Below, piece by piece: positions 40,201 through 47,400 of a DNA stretch of 64,000 bases (positions within the stretch are counted from its first letter, which is position 1; each line of letters begins with the position of its first letter). Source of the DNA: Endomicrobiales bacterium. GTDB taxonomy: Bacteria > Elusimicrobiota > Endomicrobiia > Endomicrobiales > CAWCFT01. The notes below the pieces were generated by a model, which saw only the letters and a program-made list of their open reading frames with translations, did not search any database and was not told the DNA's origin. The stretch lies in the NCBI GenBank assembly GCA_963794945.1, contig CAWCFT010000018.1, positions 3,479 through 67,478 of the forward strand, read 5' to 3'. The translations under genes and the position numbers were made by a program.

Positions 40201-41355
40201 ATGAAATCGTATTTATGTGGCCTTATATTGGAGCAATATGGTGTGCCTGTTTACTGGCTGGATGTAGTGAAAACGGTAACAGATGCAGAGGAAGTTCATG
40301 TTAGTATACTCGCCAGGCTTCCAAACGGCCTTTACCGCATAGTGGACGCCGCTTTCCCGAAAGGGTCGGGAGAAGTGCCTGAGCAGTATTTAACGGCAGG
40401 AGAAGTCGAAAAACTACTTACAAAATCACCCACAGTAACTAAAACGCTCGATATTAACAGTAAATCGCTCCATCACGTAATAAAGATCTTTCGGTCTTTT
40501 GAAGCCGGCGCGCGCGGAAGCGTTTATAAAAATCTCGGTATCATTTTTAATTCGCTTAACAGGTATGCCGAGGCAGAGAAAGCCTTCAGAAAAGCCTTGG
40601 ATACCGATTCCCAGGATTTCTTGTCTTGGAGCAGGCTCGGTTCCTCGCTTTTACGGCAGAATAAATTTGCCCAAGCAGAGGACGCATTCAAAAATTCTCT
40701 GAAAAACAATCCTGGAAATATTAATGCCTGGAACAGGGTTGCGATCGCTCTATTAAATCAAAATCAATCCGTTGCAGCGCAGATAGCGCGCGATTGTTGT
40801 GACCGTTTATTGAAAGGCGAACAAATTGATATCAATAAGGCTTTTGCCGAGATCGACGCGGCAAAAAAGAAAGTATTTATTTCCGGACTTGGCTTTAACT
40901 TTGACCTTGAAGGTTATCAGGCCTTCCTAGGCGCCCTGGGCATCGGCCTTGACGTTACCGCGGCTGGCTTTGCGCAAGCCGTCATCAAACAATTCACAGG
41001 TGATAACGGCGCCGATATCGTTACTCCCGAAAATGCTTCGCCTGAAGGAAAGCAGGCTCTTGATAACGCTGGCAGGCTTTCTGTTGAACTATCCGGATAC
41101 CTAAAGTCAAAGAATATCTCTTCCACCGCGCGCGTCGTTGTTACAAAAGGCGATAATACCTTCGTTAAATTCGGTAACCGCGTCTGCGGTATGCCGACAT
41201 TCCTTCGTAAAGCTGATGACGGCTCTTTAACGCTATATATACACCAGGAATTCCTTAATGCCCTGTACGCTGAGCAGGCGAGACACGCTAAAGAAAGGGC
41301 TGCCGCTTCTTCCAAGAGGCGATATCATCGCCCAGTTCGTTGGCGAAGAAGTTGA
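28192..41355 (+). CDS. Giant gene B, segment 4 (4387 codons). Holds repeats X2, Y2, X3, W1, Z2, W2, the SpoT-type HD domain, V1, V2 and a degenerate Y3.
   Basis: Uninterrupted 13.2 kb ORF overlapping segment 3 by 68 nt. The Y1-to-X2 junction repeats the in-frame Y2-to-X3 junction found inside this ORF. Confidence 0.92.
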   Translation: MIFSLFLAARLAKKETLILKNHNTGNNMGLITGGQNDDILSRCIENNGENLSFPFLKKLLYYMTGFSIAGTGAVSDVPETINNIPSQIKKEDARIALFCQTLDGKNTYGMPTLQNMATAGEILNSKEQCYAGVVWQGEERNELYIVAVPVSETNIYNLQLGILGQYLITIAKFERTQKNMSSTEISAVKQNIFAAASSVLSQMGTRAYSLTIDPQNGTAIKPFPLESLVSVIYESSVRQSLMGMFKKMQESTSEQALSKLQGPTADEGDVLSVMLINFTRNKDRLLEQSCYRTYKEIVDDMFKQYQYFEIHAYYAYIAQIVAKHCEKSDLPANLKKQFKDIILSTFFDKNGKALKPYLAVAPEYYVLNKLAEADILVLRERVKTLKGPTLRSGQILNVLEILDEMDSKDLQKVIIVLEDAMIWIDFLSIAGDSFNVNMDVMLPNWCLQYFIKNGTDINSNNLQTYEYAIYATARLIAAVRYDENNHKRSPEGLETILSYIKLKARYQLIAQQQKQNSGNSDNLFSALSVVAEEALNLTGGALEQELQKISVKIGRLFSWHFAVNSHAEALKQMFIDKGRAYGINADNIIIKPITKFEQFTDAKGKTRLSVSRFVPEDGKYVLYIHQRFLDALFSMTEEQKNDIYEQYHCGPPETFAIEEVQEFAEIQKLVQLGVSFDKAYEQYHTANPHHNVFTETALQTAAKQIDVLKRCIENNKNNLALPLRKLRYYSTGFSISDSGEVSDVPETVNGIPWQIDIPDARVALFWQKLDGKDKFGMPTPADILTAAGSLAGKEPRYAGVVWQKEAQGNLYIVVVPVSANNNYESALRTLSKYLSDIAAFEGQEKVINSADPFPEEQDAYMLASMLLSQMGARAYSVTIDPENGAAITPMSQESLVRAFYKPSEEQTDSEQPDKRQTNISEKTLFNLRGPHTDEGDLLGVLLLSFTKNTGLLLEEPCFVIYKDILTDTIKQKIYIDIHEDYSSVEKIVDRRCDESVLPANLKRLLKEIILSTLFDKNAKALEPKVRANAWVYVQNKLAEADLRILRERIKILKGPSVKSGKMLNVLNALDAMDNFDIQKTNVILSQAKDLLDILQNKYGNTFNNSVEDTLKLWCIQNSKISSAAGIDNNFEAHFDAAIIFAKLIIAVWYDENNTKRSPEDMQTILSYLQIKGRLQLISQQHSKEQVKENEQGQDTSNHLGIGLEAIIWAAQGILTIMPGVEQSALTAVELAKSIIRGAVIVSNSGGFARESTYTLDQIVPELARDIEYYNTLCPVNGLRLSKVKVLESKSDYIATNDSLGFASMETLAFDEETMTVKTADNKGNLKTLTDRLRHEFNENMAMNIEGSVQFAALNYFLVKSHVAKPHMPRGNLSGEELINCWHACESDIAGNQDEYRELFKNDKDLEAIERLIAFANEDSTKLLKVYKSLSEIIAGLAKSVLAKPVVVDKVEKQPQVFSKYIPTIPPGAFNALTSPEFKKTIDSLTQEVNDPYSKVGIKRQSIIKQSGQPLEKYKKFMLWQGEQKGVRGKGMFSCAGRFNSFRPFAESENITDVYSNGPEYFGNTNDIIEEYSAKYDDRSYILSGIQYETYDEGKAAWPKKAPGIIAIAKIISWLGGAIDGVYYFDVDETGRFSFVNKNETISGSRHNAVIEFTVNGVKKRFWYTQLDAKALTDNNKRYIDRIGFDNFLVTGLNGSIMYADDNGVRDYDDLLKIRSKNTGEQERSKTIIELQMAAAVRNGALVTIDVYKFEGETAYRLCYRGYPVKTILLKPGQNYGYNTGKAGGKIYFLRNAEGLIGSQWRRNDINLNDKPNILRQTLMFLLIPFFAFNSYFPQLKAAPHDTAVTSKLSAAYLYRASAGKAIDWLARGSEYARMKGFLQRYFDIENPAADMQALIKRASRGFDSDMETRAVDLINKMRKAVPDGFVFSKLGAGDFSLLMHILRNPELEILLFDRETLEVYLSENIIGGVPAAQLSNLQMLRIYLISEALSDYAPVSTQDSLARIIYKNMQETDKGNKNGISGRAVFEQGNIGFHEGNLNFGEQGEIFSPDILCALDIDVPDSAAAGISELPRLVIKTLGHPYGYDEVIDVNSLKAAVIISGKDESGQPYSINLGERILSCDENRSAPAEQPEPEEDTTYPAIDHIAATGNHLGIGGEVVLGAVNIITDSILEIFMQLPGAAEAQLTAAQLVQELTDSFIKRTSHEEFYPAKYYLPEELDTKLARDIEYYNSFRPDGGEKLEKISVVESKTGYIAAENGLGFASMENLAFDKNTVIIKTAYNNDRAKTLAMRIRHEINENMARNVAGSVQFTALDHFLAKAHRARDSLSNDELTNHWHECEKDIAGNQDEYKALFKTAQDTIAIDRLISFTLKDLKQLKKSGKSIPKIFAKFIRFFLESRRIELPDEISAAITSKIIDYFDSLKPSVKPPAEMKLGEFADPADLYSAMKAAIAKNAAIKGKSFDFALLDKAYKLVIDEHGTPDQRRGDGRPYYFHPLEIAYYISVDLEKTNQNLILAALLHDIVEDDTSISYDDIPKLFNKDVADIVDDLTHNDNLSKNKGRLYKRLEHINRILTKSNKDSILIKAADRLHNLLTDARAPHPKAGYMDLIETQQWMKFVMRPEVPGPLRRQLLLLLESKLNDQIINEPLSPEAAAATGSTVTNLLPGETADYLQKLTAFADEYQLLRTLIPVKSNENNEIQLASAGGMQWPELTKKLNHFSCQATIIDRNVIAPYEQPGLIDAHSALSRLIGYGVESFDKYRAVYYAAQNTDFLNALKGYTFETFPWQKLWGPYFKEASIAWAVRNLIGTSAAFEEFKVLARDSALIRLINSESRNRRLYFDSEILYVDGVYTIPVASIKPLPAEKIVILTPLGPSSRQVCIEPVLLRLGKFLRERGWNLHVNWGSMPAGYDGFSIAGAQGIFDNNANIPAGNITPAHLEEINRLKNVSEESKGTPYTFQPDFFYPSYFANEMPRAILANFAELMDHVQFAFADSSRLPAAGFTIKDHEPVEIDGSIIEVPGKARAKITVTTTITISQDISFVQMLSLVTALYQDMLDNSREKSAHYRELLRGKIKDVENIAKNIIYAANYLETLKSVWPETLGLDTGKSAEFTGYLDQMISGFRKLTKGYKIRSADPLQAQKEIAENWLGVDQAWLDSIIKRFPKENRLGAVKTLFAANQSRWERSIAYEMAAPARELDAAVLEKGGRLLDTIKSKPSLTRSIIALIYGLFKPGYKMPETLLEEIDEAVADKTRGMDKTSPAFAKTLMSIVENRVHKYYDMLLFSGSAFNSSSLRLFAAELGVNPQVLAKVYEISPSRIVETRHMACIMQNYLCGRILQQKGFQVYWANVHEDANSEQIVHSVILAKLPSGLYRIIDATAIKGSGEISANYLAPGEVEQRLKESPVFSKTLNINSRSLHHLISVFAFEEGARTTIYNNLGLVIKAQNKFSEAEAIFKNTRINNDNFEASYNLGNLYFNRARFDEAETAYKNSLTVYPKFVGTWNNLAAALDEQGQPDAAYIANSYKYRCINGELIDIKKAFAEIDNAKEKTLPEFSAPDSDDNSRTGKTSSFFGVAKKALMYISSVFAMLAFTVHISNNHIFETTVPNKTMPALIKNTASKQTAAVSTINERINSINATSSSAGRSHINQLFLHPAPPQYFADTLPRQMLAYFAELMDHVQFIFAENNELPACGFIIEEHSPIEIDGTIIDMPGKARRKVTVNTTITISDDISFVQMLGLITTLYQQMLDNSQGKPEQYKQLLHDKLNNIDNIAKNFIYAAEYLDTVKSSWPEKLGLNTTETIRFDNYIEYVINGLRKLAGGYEIAHQDSLAVKKAAAEAWLSIDQNWLDSIQNRFPEDPAKRLEFIMSQLNAKQDAWAREAADGLASPARELNAAVMQRGGNLLLDSLKSKADPARTLIQEIDIKIKEFQPTDPEYTNKLISIVQDNVKPYFDKTLYDNNPKAFSESLQKLSTDLGISPQTLALLGEISPTEITETNHMVCVMKSYLCGLILEQYGVPVYWLDVVKTVTDAEEVHVSILARLPNGLYRIVDAAFPKGSGEVPEQYLTAGEVEKLLTKSPTVTKTLDINSKSLHHVIKIFRSFEAGARGSVYKNLGIIFNSLNRYAEAEKAFRKALDTDSQDFLSWSRLGSSLLRQNKFAQAEDAFKNSLKNNPGNINAWNRVAIALLNQNQSVAAQIARDCCDRLLKGEQIDINKAFAEIDAAKKKVFISGLGFNFDLEGYQAFLGALGIGLDVTAAGFAQAVIKQFTGDNGADIVTPENASPEGKQALDNAGRLSVELSGYLKSKNISSTARVVVTKGDNTFVKFGNRVCGMPTFLRKADDGSLTLYIHQEFLNALYAEQARHAKERAAASSKRRYHRPVRWRRS
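28306..29757 (+). repeat. Protein-level repeat X, copy 2
   Basis: ILSRCIENNGENLSFPFLKKLLYYMTGFSIAGTGAVSDVPE..YAGVVWQGEERNELYIVAVPVSE..MGTRAYSLTIDP..LQGPTADEGDVLS..LPANLKKQFKDIILSTFFDKNGKAL.. Confidence 0.85.
29758..30280 (+). repeat. Protein-level repeat Y, copy 2
   Basis: LFSALSVVAEEALNLTGGALEQELQ..IIKPITKFEQFTDAKGKTRLSVSR..KYVLYIHQRFLDALFSMTEEQK..CGPPETFAIEEVQEFAEIQKLVQLG..AYEQYHTANPH. Confidence 0.9.
30307..31779 (+). repeat. Protein-level repeat X, copy 3
   Basis: DVLKRCIENNKNNLALPLRKLRYYSTGFSISDSGEVSDVPE..YAGVVWQKEAQGNLYIVVVPVS..MGARAYSVTIDP..LRGPHTDEGDLLG..LPANLKRLLKEIILSTLFDKNAKAL.. Confidence 0.85.
31780..32520 (+). repeat. Protein-level repeat W, copy 1
   Basis: NHLGIGLEAI..LARDIEYYNTLCPVNGLRLSKVKVLESKSDYIATNDSLGFASMETLAFD..LTDRLRHEFNENMA..NCWHACESDIAGNQDEYRELFK.. 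Confidence 0.85.
32572..33620 (+). repeat. Protein-level repeat Z, copy 2
   Basis: IPTIPPGAFNALTSPEFKKTIDSLTQEVNDPYS..FMLWQGEQKGVRG..FNSFRPFAESENITDVYS..APGIIAIAKIISWLGGAIDGVYYFD..HNAVIEFTVNGVKKRFWYTQ..FDNFLVTGLNG.. Confidence 0.85.
33640..33687 (+). other. Hydrophobic (TM-like) segment after Z2
   Basis: TLMFLLIPFFAFNSYF. Confidence 0.45.
34639..35450 (+). repeat. Protein-level repeat W, copy 2
   Basis: NHLGIGGEVV..LARDIEYYNSFRPDGGEKLEKISVVESKTGYIAAENGLGFASMENLAFD..LAMRIRHEINENMA..NHWHECEKDIAGNQDEYKALFK.. Confidence 0.85.
35578..35990 (+). other. RelA/SpoT-type HD ((p)ppGpp hydrolase-like) domain embedded in B
   Basis: ..RRGDGRPYYFHPLEIAYYI..LILAALLHDIVEDD..SYDDIPKLFNKDVADIVDDLTH..ILIKAADRLHNLLT. 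The H...HD...D order and the ADRLHN motif are characteristic of the SpoT/Mesh1-type hydrolase domain. No synthetase domain follows. Confidence 0.8.
37075..38841 (+). repeat. Repeat V, copy 1 (unassigned N-part, then transglutaminase-like Cys-His-Asp core, then TPR)
   Basis: FFYPSYFANEMPRAILANFAELMDHVQFAFADSS..DGSIIEVPGKARAKITVTTTITIS.. The candidate triad is ETRHMACIMQNYLCGRIL (Cys 38170-38172) .. IVHSVILAKLPSGLYRIIDAT. TPR-like repeats lie at about 38480-38760. The copy ends at KKAFAEIDNAKEK. Confidence 0.85.
38896..38988 (+). other. Internal signal-peptide-like / signal-anchor-like segment preceding V2
   Basis: TSSFFGVAKKALMYISSVFAMLAFTVHISNN: a KK n-region, a hydrophobic core and a small-residue c-region, in frame inside the 4387-codon ORF. 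Confidence 0.55.
39142..40872 (+). repeat. Repeat V, copy 2
   Basis: LFLHPAPPQYFADTLPRQMLAYFAELMDHVQFIFAENN..DGTIIDMPGKARRKVTVNTTITIS..ETNHMVCVMKSYLCGLIL..VHVSILARLPNGLYRIVDAA.. TPR-like repeats lie at about 40520-40790. The copy ends at NKAFAEIDAAKKK. Confidence 0.85.
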
Positions 41356-41400
41356 CGAGCTGTTTGACATCGAGAACCTCTTATCAAACCAACATCTTTC
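41000..41400 (+). repeat. Degenerate repeat Y, copy 3 (crosses the segment 4/5 frame break)
   Basis: ..RLSVELSG..GSLTLYIHQEFLNALY.. then, in the next frame, ..AQFVGEEVDELFDIENLL.., collinear with the Y1/Y2 elements LSVSR / LYIHQxFLxALF / AxEExQExAEIQKL. Confidence 0.5.
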
Positions 41401-44400
41401 TTCTGTTCAGGCTTATTTCCAACACCACAATCAGCGGGAAAACTTTCCTCAAGCCCATAACGGTATCATAACATCTATCGCGGAACAGACCGGCCTTACT
41501 GTCCTGGGTGTTGAAGATAACATCAATAACCAGCCAGGTGGATTCATTAGCGCTGCCAAGAAGGCGCTAATGTACGTCGCCTGCTGCTTCGCAGCGCTGG
41601 TGTTCATGATCAGAATTTCAAACGCTCAAACAAATACAATAACCTTGCCTTATAACAATAATATTGCGCTAAGTAAAGACTCCTTGGTGAAACCGGGCCC
41701 TGCCAATCTTTTCAACTATGAAAATCGGTTGTTCTTGCATCCTATCCCGCCTGGATATTTCGCGGATACAATACAACGCAAGATGCTCTCCTATTTTGCC
41801 GAACTTATGGACCATATCCAGTTTGTCTTCGCCGACAGTTCCGAGCTCCCGGCTTCGGGATTTACAATAAAAGACCATGCCCCTATTATAGTTGACGGTA
41901 CTATTATAGATGTTCCGGGTAAAGCTCACAGGAAGGTCACTGTGACCACTACTATCACCTTATCAAAAGATATATCGTTCGTTCAGATGCTGAACCTCGT
42001 TAGAACGCTTTACCAGCAAATGCTTGACAACAACCAGGGCAAGACTGAACAGTACAAGCAATACATTCAGCAGAAATTAAATAATATCGATAATATCGCG
42101 AAGAAGTTTATATATTCTGCCGATTATCTTGACACTGTTAAAAATTCCTGGCCGAAAGAACTGGGCCTTAATTCGAACGAAACGCTGCAGTTCATAAATT
42201 ACATTGATTTTGTCATAAACGGCCTGCGCAATATGGCTGGAGATTACGAAATTGTTCACCAGGACCAACCGGAAACCAGAACAACAACCGCTGAAAATTG
42301 GCTTGGCGTAAACCAAGATTGGATCAATAGTATTGTGAACCAATTTCCAGGGGATTCTTCAAAGCGTATGCAATTCATTATTCAGCAATTCAATGCAAAA
42401 CAAGATTTCTGGGCCCGCAATGCCGCAGACGGACTTGCCGCCCCCGCGCTGGAGCTTGACGCCGCGGTAATGGAAACTGGCGGGAGGCTGCTGGACGGCA
42501 TTAAAATTTTTGGCGATACATCCGTGATGCTAAGCAATGTAGTAGCCAAAAAAATGAAAGGTATATCTCCATCGGACCCGAAATACACGGATAAAATTAC
42601 GGAGCTGGTGCAGAAAAAAGTCGGGGAATACATAGATACAACCCTGATGAGCAGCCATCCTGAAAAATTCACTGAATTATATAAACAGGCCGCTGAAACT
42701 CTAGGAGTTAACCCGGCCGTAATGGCAATTCTGGGAGAGATATCTCCGGCCAATATAGTCGAAACACAGCATATGGTTTGTGTTATGCGAGCCTGCCTGT
42801 GCGGCAGGATACTGCAGCAGTATGGCATCAGGGTTTACTGGCTGGATGTTCAAGAAAGGGTAACCGGTGAAGAAGACGACCATGTCGCTTTACTTGCGCA
42901 GCTACCGAACGGGCTGTACCGGATAGTAGATGCCGCTGTCCCGCAAGGCGCCGGGAATGTGCCAAAGCAATATATCGCGGCAGGAGAAATAGAAAAACTG
43001 CTTGCAAACACGCCTGTCATTACAAAAACACTTGATACCACCAGCAGCCGGCTTCATCATATCATAAGGATAACCGATTTTGATGCCGGCTTACGGTCCA
43101 GCGTGTTTAACAATCTTGGCATTGCCCTTTCCAAAATGGGGCATCACAGTGAAGCCGAGCTGGCTTATAAAAAATCTTTGGAGATTAACTCCATTAACGC
43201 TTCCGCGTTGGCAAATTTGGGGCTAGCATATTTTCATATGGGGAGGCTCACAGATTGTGAAAATTGTGTTAAAAAAGCGGTTGAGATAAACCCGCGGTTT
43301 TATATGGCGTGGTATAAACTGGCTGTCGCGCTTTTCGGCCAGCAGCGATATGCCGAATCCGACCAGGCACTTAGAAAGTGCCTGGAAATAAACCCTCAAT
43401 TTACCTCATCCTGGAGTAAAATGGTATCGACTCTTAGCGCCCAGCAACAACCCGCCGCAGCAAAAATTGCGGGTAAATATTGCGTTCGATCCATGGCGGG
43501 TGATCATATTAACCCGAAATCAGCCTTTGAAGAGATAGATGGGGCAACAAGCCACACGACGCTGGCAAATATTAATAAACTTGGCATCAATCGGCAGGAT
43601 ATCGATGTTATCGCCATCGCGGCCATGGAAATATTAAACCAGCTGCCGGCAACCGCAAAACTGCAGTTAACCGCTGGTCAATTGGCTCAGGAATTACTTG
43701 AACTGGGAGCTGACATAGCAACAGTAAAGGAGTTTAATTCACAAACCGTTTACAACCTTGAAGACCTTGACCAGGAGCTTGCACGGGATATCGATTATTA
43801 TAACGCTTTTTGCCCGGTAGGCGGGATAAAGCTGACAAAATTATCTGTCACTGAATCATCAGCCGGCTACATAACATTAAAGGACAGCTTTGGATTAGCG
43901 AGCATGGACAGCATTTCTTTCAATAATGATACAGCGAACATAAAAACAGCCAACAACAAGAATAATCCTAAAATACTGACAAACCGCCTCAGGCACGAAT
44001 TCAACGAGAATATGGCCGAGAATATAATTGATTCTATTCAGTATAAGGCGCTTAACCATTTCCTCGGCAAAATACACGCGGCCCGTAACAATTTAAGTAA
44101 TGCTGAACTGACAAATTACTGGCATGAGTGTGAAGTCGACATCGCGCGGCATCAAGGTGAATATAGGGCGCTGGCCAAAACGGGCCAGGAACAGCCCGCG
44201 GCCGAACGGCTTATCGCTTTTGCTAAAATTGATTCAAGGCAGATAAAACTTGCTTACAGGTTTATCGCTAAGATCTTTGTTGATCTGCTCAAGACACTGC
44301 TGCAAAACAAACAGATAGAGCTTCCCGCCGAAACATCAGCGGGCATTGTCCTGATAATTCAAGGATTGTTTACGCAGCATTGGAATAGGTCAAAAACAGA

Positions 44401-47400
44401 TCAGCCAACCGGCTCAACTGAGGCTGACTCCGGACTACCAGGCAGTGATGAAACGGTGCCGGAACAAAACACCGGCGATGGCCGTATCCCAGCGTCAAAT
44501 GTTACGGAGTTCGCCGCTAATCGTCCTACCGCAGAAGAATACGCTAGAAAACTTGTCGCTGACAAACAACTAACGCTCACAGCGGACGATGGCAAGCAGT
44601 TCCGCTTTGTCTATGAAAACATGCCTTCCAATGAATTTAAGCTTATAACCTATGACAATATGACTAATGAACAAGTTGGATTTATAGATGTCCGCGGCAA
44701 TCGCATAGATTCTGCTTTTAATGAAATATTTATTGGTGAACCGGCCATAGTAGTGGACAATAGGTATAATGAGCGATACCGCGGTATCGGCTCAGCTCTT
44801 TTGCGGCTTTCAATGTCGGTGACAAAGAATAATGGGTATAAAGAGTTTGATGTCTTATACGGCAGTAAGGCGGCAAAGTTTTATAGAAGCGCTGGTTTTG
44901 AAGAGATAAATCATGAAACGGGCAAATTTTCTTTCGATTTTACAAAGAAAAAAATAGGCGGAATTCTGCTCGAATACTTTCCTAAACCCGAATTTCTGGT
45001 AAATGAGATCGCTAAATTAAGGAAAATAGACTCAGCGGCCGCGGACATCCTTCTGAAGCGTTTGGGGATGACTTCCAGGGCTGACAAAGATGGTTTGCGG
45101 TATTTAAACGAAGATATTCAGTGGTTCAGAACACATAGAAAAACTAAAGACGGTGTGTATTTTGACCCTATCGATAAAAACAACCCTAAAGTGTCCGTTA
45201 TTTTACTTCATTATGGGAATTCAGTTAAAGATACATTACAGGCCCTCAACAACCTTTCACTGAATACCTATCCTGATCTTGATGTTATTCTCGTAGACAA
45301 CAATTCTCCCGTTCCGATCGAACAGAAAGATATCTCCGCCAAAATAGCGGATAAGTTAAAGATAAAGCTTATTAAGAGCCCCGTGAATCTCGGTTACTGC
45401 GGGGGCAATAATATGGCCGCGCGCGCAGCTCTAAACAACGGCGCGGACTATGTTTTCCTGTTTAATAATGACGGCTTGATAGAAAAAGACGGGATACAGA
45501 AAATGATAGATAAGCTCAAGGGCCATCCTGAAATCGGGGCCATACAGCCAAGCCTTTATACAACCAATGAGCTCAAAGAAATAAATGAAAAGGGTGTTCT
45601 GCCGGAAGAACAGGGCACGGATGCATTAAACAGGACTCTTGAATTCACTTACGGCTTGGAAAAAACCAATACCGCTTCAAAATTATCCGACAACTTGTAT
45701 CAAAAAGAAATATCCCTGCTGGGCACCGCGCAAATGGTCCGGTCGGACATGATCCGTTTGAGCGGCATGTTCGATACAAGGTTGTTTATGTACGCGGATG
45801 AGGCTTACCTGGGTTATCGCTATAGCATGACCGGCCTGAAAATGGGAATGGTAACCGATGTGTTTTTTGCTCATCCGCCTTTTGCGGCCATTGAAACCCC
45901 GAAAGTATACAGTGAATACCTCATCTGGCGCAATTATATGTTTGATGCGGAATATCTTTACAATATTGACGATATGGGAAAAAGGGCGGTTAAAAACCTC
46001 TTTGGGCCGCGTAACTTGTTCATATCAAATGATGATGCAGTTTGGAGAATGGTGGAAGAAAGCGCCAATGAAAACGACATATTGCTTATTGCGGTAGTAA
46101 AGGGCATGTTTGACGGAGTTATGGGACAGTATTCGCCAACTGTAGAAGGGCAAAACATGGACGAGAAAAAGCAGATCGCGACGTATTCAAAAGAGTTCGA
46201 GAAAATGATCGATGTTAACGGGATTTTGCTTAGATTGATAAATGAAACCGATCCATATCAATCAAGGCTTATGATCTGGGGGCTGAATGCCGCCGACAGC
46301 AAGATACATAATATCGGCCAATTGGACGGTATACAAAGGCAAAAACTAATCGACACACTGAAATATTATGTGTCAGAATGGAGAGATTGGGTAAAAACAA
46401 AACATAGAGACCAATCGGCAATAACAAAAATAAGAAACGAATTTAAAAATGAACTTCTGGGTAAGATTAATGTATTCACACCGTCAGAAACCCTCGGGCA
46501 TGAGCAATATTTAGACAGGTATTCCGATAAATCTAATATTAACGATGAAGCTTATATGCAGGTGGCCCTTAACGAGTCGCGCAAAGCCGGCATCGAACGC
46601 TGGTTGTTTACAGCTTGTGTCGGCGCGGTTGTGGTAAGCGGCAAAGGCATTATTGTGGGCAGAGGGTATAACCGCATGTTCTCGCAGTTCCATGCGGAAC
46701 ACTATGCCATACTTGACGCGCTGTTTGCGCGCGTGGAGTCGCTTGCCGAAGGAAAACAGAAAGGTATAATGCGTAGCCGCATTAATGAAATACTGCGCAC
46801 TGCGAACATGCCCCGAGCGCCCGATTATTATGATAATCTCGATGCGGCTATCACAGCGTTAAACAGGGATTTGGGCGGTGTTTTGCAAAATTCTCCAATT
46901 TATGTGACTATGCACCCCTGCGATAAGTGCACAAATCTCATAATGTCTTTGGGTATGAAGCGTTTGGTTTATGGCGCCGAAATGCCGGGAGGCTCATTAG
47001 ATAACGGGAAAAAGTTACGAAACGCGGGGATGGAAACTACCGGCGGTGTTTTGGCGCGGGAGTCACGCACTGTAATGACCGGATACTTTCTGCTCAAAAC
47101 CTATTTTTCATATATTCACGAGCTTATCCAGCGCCTTGAGCGTCAGATTATATCGCGCCGGCACTCCGTTTTAACTGCCAATGAAATGGCCTCTCTCAAT
47201 AAGCCTGTTGAGCTGTCAAAAACCACCGGATTAAATGTAACAGATGAGAACGAAAAAAAACCATCCACCCCGATTATAACTACCGAACCTGAAGAAGTCC
47301 TTCCAATAGTGCGAGGCCGGTCATGGCAGGATAGAATTTCTTTTATCAGCAAAATTGAACAAGAGGGGTTAGTGAACAATAGTTTGCGTATGGAATACGC

